Positions 16,476 through 18,067 of a DNA stretch of 18,067 bases are shown here, piece by piece. The notes below the pieces were generated by a model. The model did not search any database, was not told the DNA's origin, and saw only the letters and a program-made list of their open reading frames with translations. Origin of the DNA: Candidatus Hadarchaeota archaeon (GTDB taxonomy: Archaea; CAYQAE01; CAYVLA01). How positions within the stretch are numbered: the stretch's first letter is position 1; the number at the start of each line of letters is the position of its first letter. The position numbers and the translations under genes were made by a program. Location: assembly GCA_964452145.1 (NCBI GenBank), contig CAYVLA010000018.1, positions 1 through 18,067 on the forward strand. Reading direction: 5' to 3'.

Positions 16476-17762
16476 ATGTTACTGATGGCTCGCACGGCAC
16501 ATACTCCCGCCCTGGCGGCTGCGCTCTGTCTTCTCCTCGCCCTGACGGCATGCCCGACACAGGCAGAGACCGGGAGGATCAGGGTCCTGGCCATGGGCTG
16601 GTTGGACTGGAAGGTGACCGTTCTGAATACTTTCCGGCACGATCCATTGGTGGCCTGCTCGATGGTGCCCTCCAACTTCAGGATGGCCGACTGGGACCAG
16701 CAGATGGTCAAGATGGTCGGAGGCAGAATGGTGAGGCAGTACTTCCCCCGCTCGAGGGCGACCCTGGTGGAGAGCTACGACTTCTTCATCTACGAGGATA
16801 CCTGGCTCGACCCCTACCGGCCCGAACAGGTCGCAGACATGAGGTACGCCATCGAGGAGAAGGGGCTGGGCGCCTTCGTCACCCTTGGCAACAGCCTCTC
16901 CGGCTCCACCGCGTGGGGCTGGTACGGCTGGCATCACAGCGCCCTCAGGGAGCTCATGCCGACGGAGTTCACGGAGAAGATGAGCACCTCGCCCTCGGCG
17001 CGCTACGCTGGATTCAGGGTCAAGGTCCTCAGAAACGATCCCCCGGTCCTAGCCATGTTCAAACCGTTCGGGATAGAAAGCGTGGCCGGAACCGGCAACG
17101 CCTGGAGCGAGCCCAGGATGGGGTCCACGGTGTGGGCCGACATGGTCCACGCCTACTCAAGCCCCACGGGGAGCAAGGCGTTCCTCATCTCTTGGAAGGT
17201 CGGGGGGCGGGGCGGCCACTTCTGGACCGTTGCCGACAACCTCTTCTCCTTGTGGTGGGCCCCCTACCACAACGAGTACGCCCAGGACGTTCTGGTCAAC
17301 ATCCTTCTCTACTCCACCGGAAGGGATCTGCCGGAGGACATCGTGGTGGTCCACTCGATCAGGAGGCAGTACTGGCTCTACGCCCAGTATGGCTCATACA
17401 TCCAGTCCCTGCTGACCTTCGTCGAGAAGTTCGGGGCAAACACGCAGAGGCTTGCCCGGGAGATCGACGAGATAGATCAGGGCAGGAAGCTGTCCTTCGA
17501 GCAGTTCCGGGAGGGGCAGTACGAGCAGGCCCTTGGCACCATCCGCCTGGCGATGACCCAGCTGGAAGGCCTCGAGGCAAAGGCCTTCGACCTGAAGGAC
17601 GCCACCCTGTTCTGGGTGTACGTCATCCAGTGGACGGCCGTGACGTCGGTTCTGCTGATCACCGGCGTGGTCCTCTGGTCGCTCATGGTCCGCAGACGCC
17701 TCTACAGAGAGGTCCACGTCACCAAGCTCGCCCAGGAACAGACGGGAAGATCGGGGGAATGA
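16476..17762 (+). CDS. Paralog 5 of the GATase-like membrane-anchored family
   Basis: Signal peptide ALAAALCLLLALTACPTQA, then GRIRVLAMG, DPL, RQYFPRSR, YDFFIY, W..SALRELMP, GRDLPED..VVH.IR, KFGANT and WVYVIQW...LWSLMVRRRLYREV. Start placed at ATG 16476 (or 16485) because TTTATG lies at 16439-16444. Confidence 0.86.
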   Translation: MLLMARTAHTPALAAALCLLLALTACPTQAETGRIRVLAMGWLDWKVTVLNTFRHDPLVACSMVPSNFRMADWDQQMVKMVGGRMVRQYFPRSRATLVESYDFFIYEDTWLDPYRPEQVADMRYAIEEKGLGAFVTLGNSLSGSTAWGWYGWHHSALRELMPTEFTEKMSTSPSARYAGFRVKVLRNDPPVLAMFKPFGIESVAGTGNAWSEPRMGSTVWADMVHAYSSPTGSKAFLISWKVGGRGGHFWTVADNLFSLWWAPYHNEYAQDVLVNILLYSTGRDLPEDIVVVHSIRRQYWLYAQYGSYIQSLLTFVEKFGANTQRLAREIDEIDQGRKLSFEQFREGQYEQALGTIRLAMTQLEGLEAKAFDLKDATLFWVYVIQWTAVTSVLLITGVVLWSLMVRRRLYREVHVTKLAQEQTGRSGE

Positions 17763-17889
17763 ACCACGATAATCGGCTGGTCGGCATCAGCGCACATACG
17801 ATGCCTACCGCTGCCCCCAATCGCACAGGAGACGCCTCGGAACCGATTCGTCCACGGTGAGGAACGTCCCATTCGGAAGAGTAGGTCGA

Positions 17890-17902
17890 GAAGCATATTA
17901 AG
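17890..17902 (+). promoter_or_regulatory. TATA-like box (GAAGCATATTAAG) for the right-edge gene, probably leaderless transcript
   Basis: TATTAA at 17896-17901, about 26 nt before the ATG at 17927, with no SD. Confidence 0.55.
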
Positions 17903-17926
17903 ACTCACCCGCTTGAGCAAATTGCC

Positions 17927-18067
17927 ATGCCGAAGGGCCAGAAATTCCGGATGGAACCCTGTATACAGACGGATAAAGCCACTGGCGTAGATGTCATTAG
18001 ACTGACCGGTGGGAACTTTGCATGCCATCACCCGTACTTCCTATACGACCCATGGGTTGACGGGGAT
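17927..18067 (+). CDS. Oligogalacturonate lyase (PL22)-family beta-propeller protein, N-terminal 47 codons only
   Basis: MPKGQKFRMEPCIQTDKATGVDVIRLTGGNFACHHPYFLYDPWVDGD matches the Ogl N-terminal pattern M.KG...D..TG..V.RLT....CH..YF. Open to the window edge. Not in the ORF track. Confidence 0.72.
   Translation, partial: MPKGQKFRMEPCIQTDKATGVDVIRLTGGNFACHHPYFLYDPWVDGD

Noticed and set aside
17703..17714. YREV tail as a eukaryote-type YxxPhi endocytic signal
   Set aside because: Varies to WREV and YKEA among paralogs, and nothing in the window indicates adaptor machinery. Retained only as part of the conserved tail motif.
16220..17860. 546-aa + strand ORF, and similar long alternative-frame ORFs (903-1721, 6731-7720, 8574-9332, 11550-12677)
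   Set aside because: Shadow ORFs of GC-rich genes, overlapping well-supported CDSs and lacking motifs.
1..18067. CRISPR array, rRNA, transposase/integrase, diversity-generating retroelement for the paralog family
   Set aside because: No regularly spaced repeats, rRNA-like sequence, recombinase or reverse-transcriptase motifs, or adenine-specific TR/VR pair was seen in this window.

Overview
GC-rich prokaryotic window that is most likely archaeal. This is inferred from BRE/TATA-like promoters about 25-37 nt upstream of starts, GGAGG/GGTGA-type ribosome-binding sites, frequent non-ATG starts, and a NosD-type surface protein with a PEF-CTERM-like end. Contents in order: purA (partial, CTG start, absent from the ORF track), a small C4HC3 (PHD-finger-like) zinc-finger protein, an amidohydrolase and a 91-aa hypothetical protein. 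These are followed by a PHP/CehA-McbA metallohydrolase, a GH99-like glycosidase, an AbrB-VapC toxin-antitoxin pair with a visible operator, a NosD/beta-helix surface protein, and at the right edge the start of an oligogalacturonate-lyase-family gene (also absent from the ORF track). The dominant unexplained feature is FIVE dispersed paralogs of one ~420-480 aa family, on both strands. Each has a signal peptide, a variable class-I-GATase-like (DUF1355-like) ectodomain with no elbow Cys, and a gap-free ~97-aa helical stalk + transmembrane helix + basic tail. This looks like an expanded receptor-like or surface-protein system of unknown function interspersed with glycan-catabolic genes. All family assignments come from motif recognition by eye, not from database searches.
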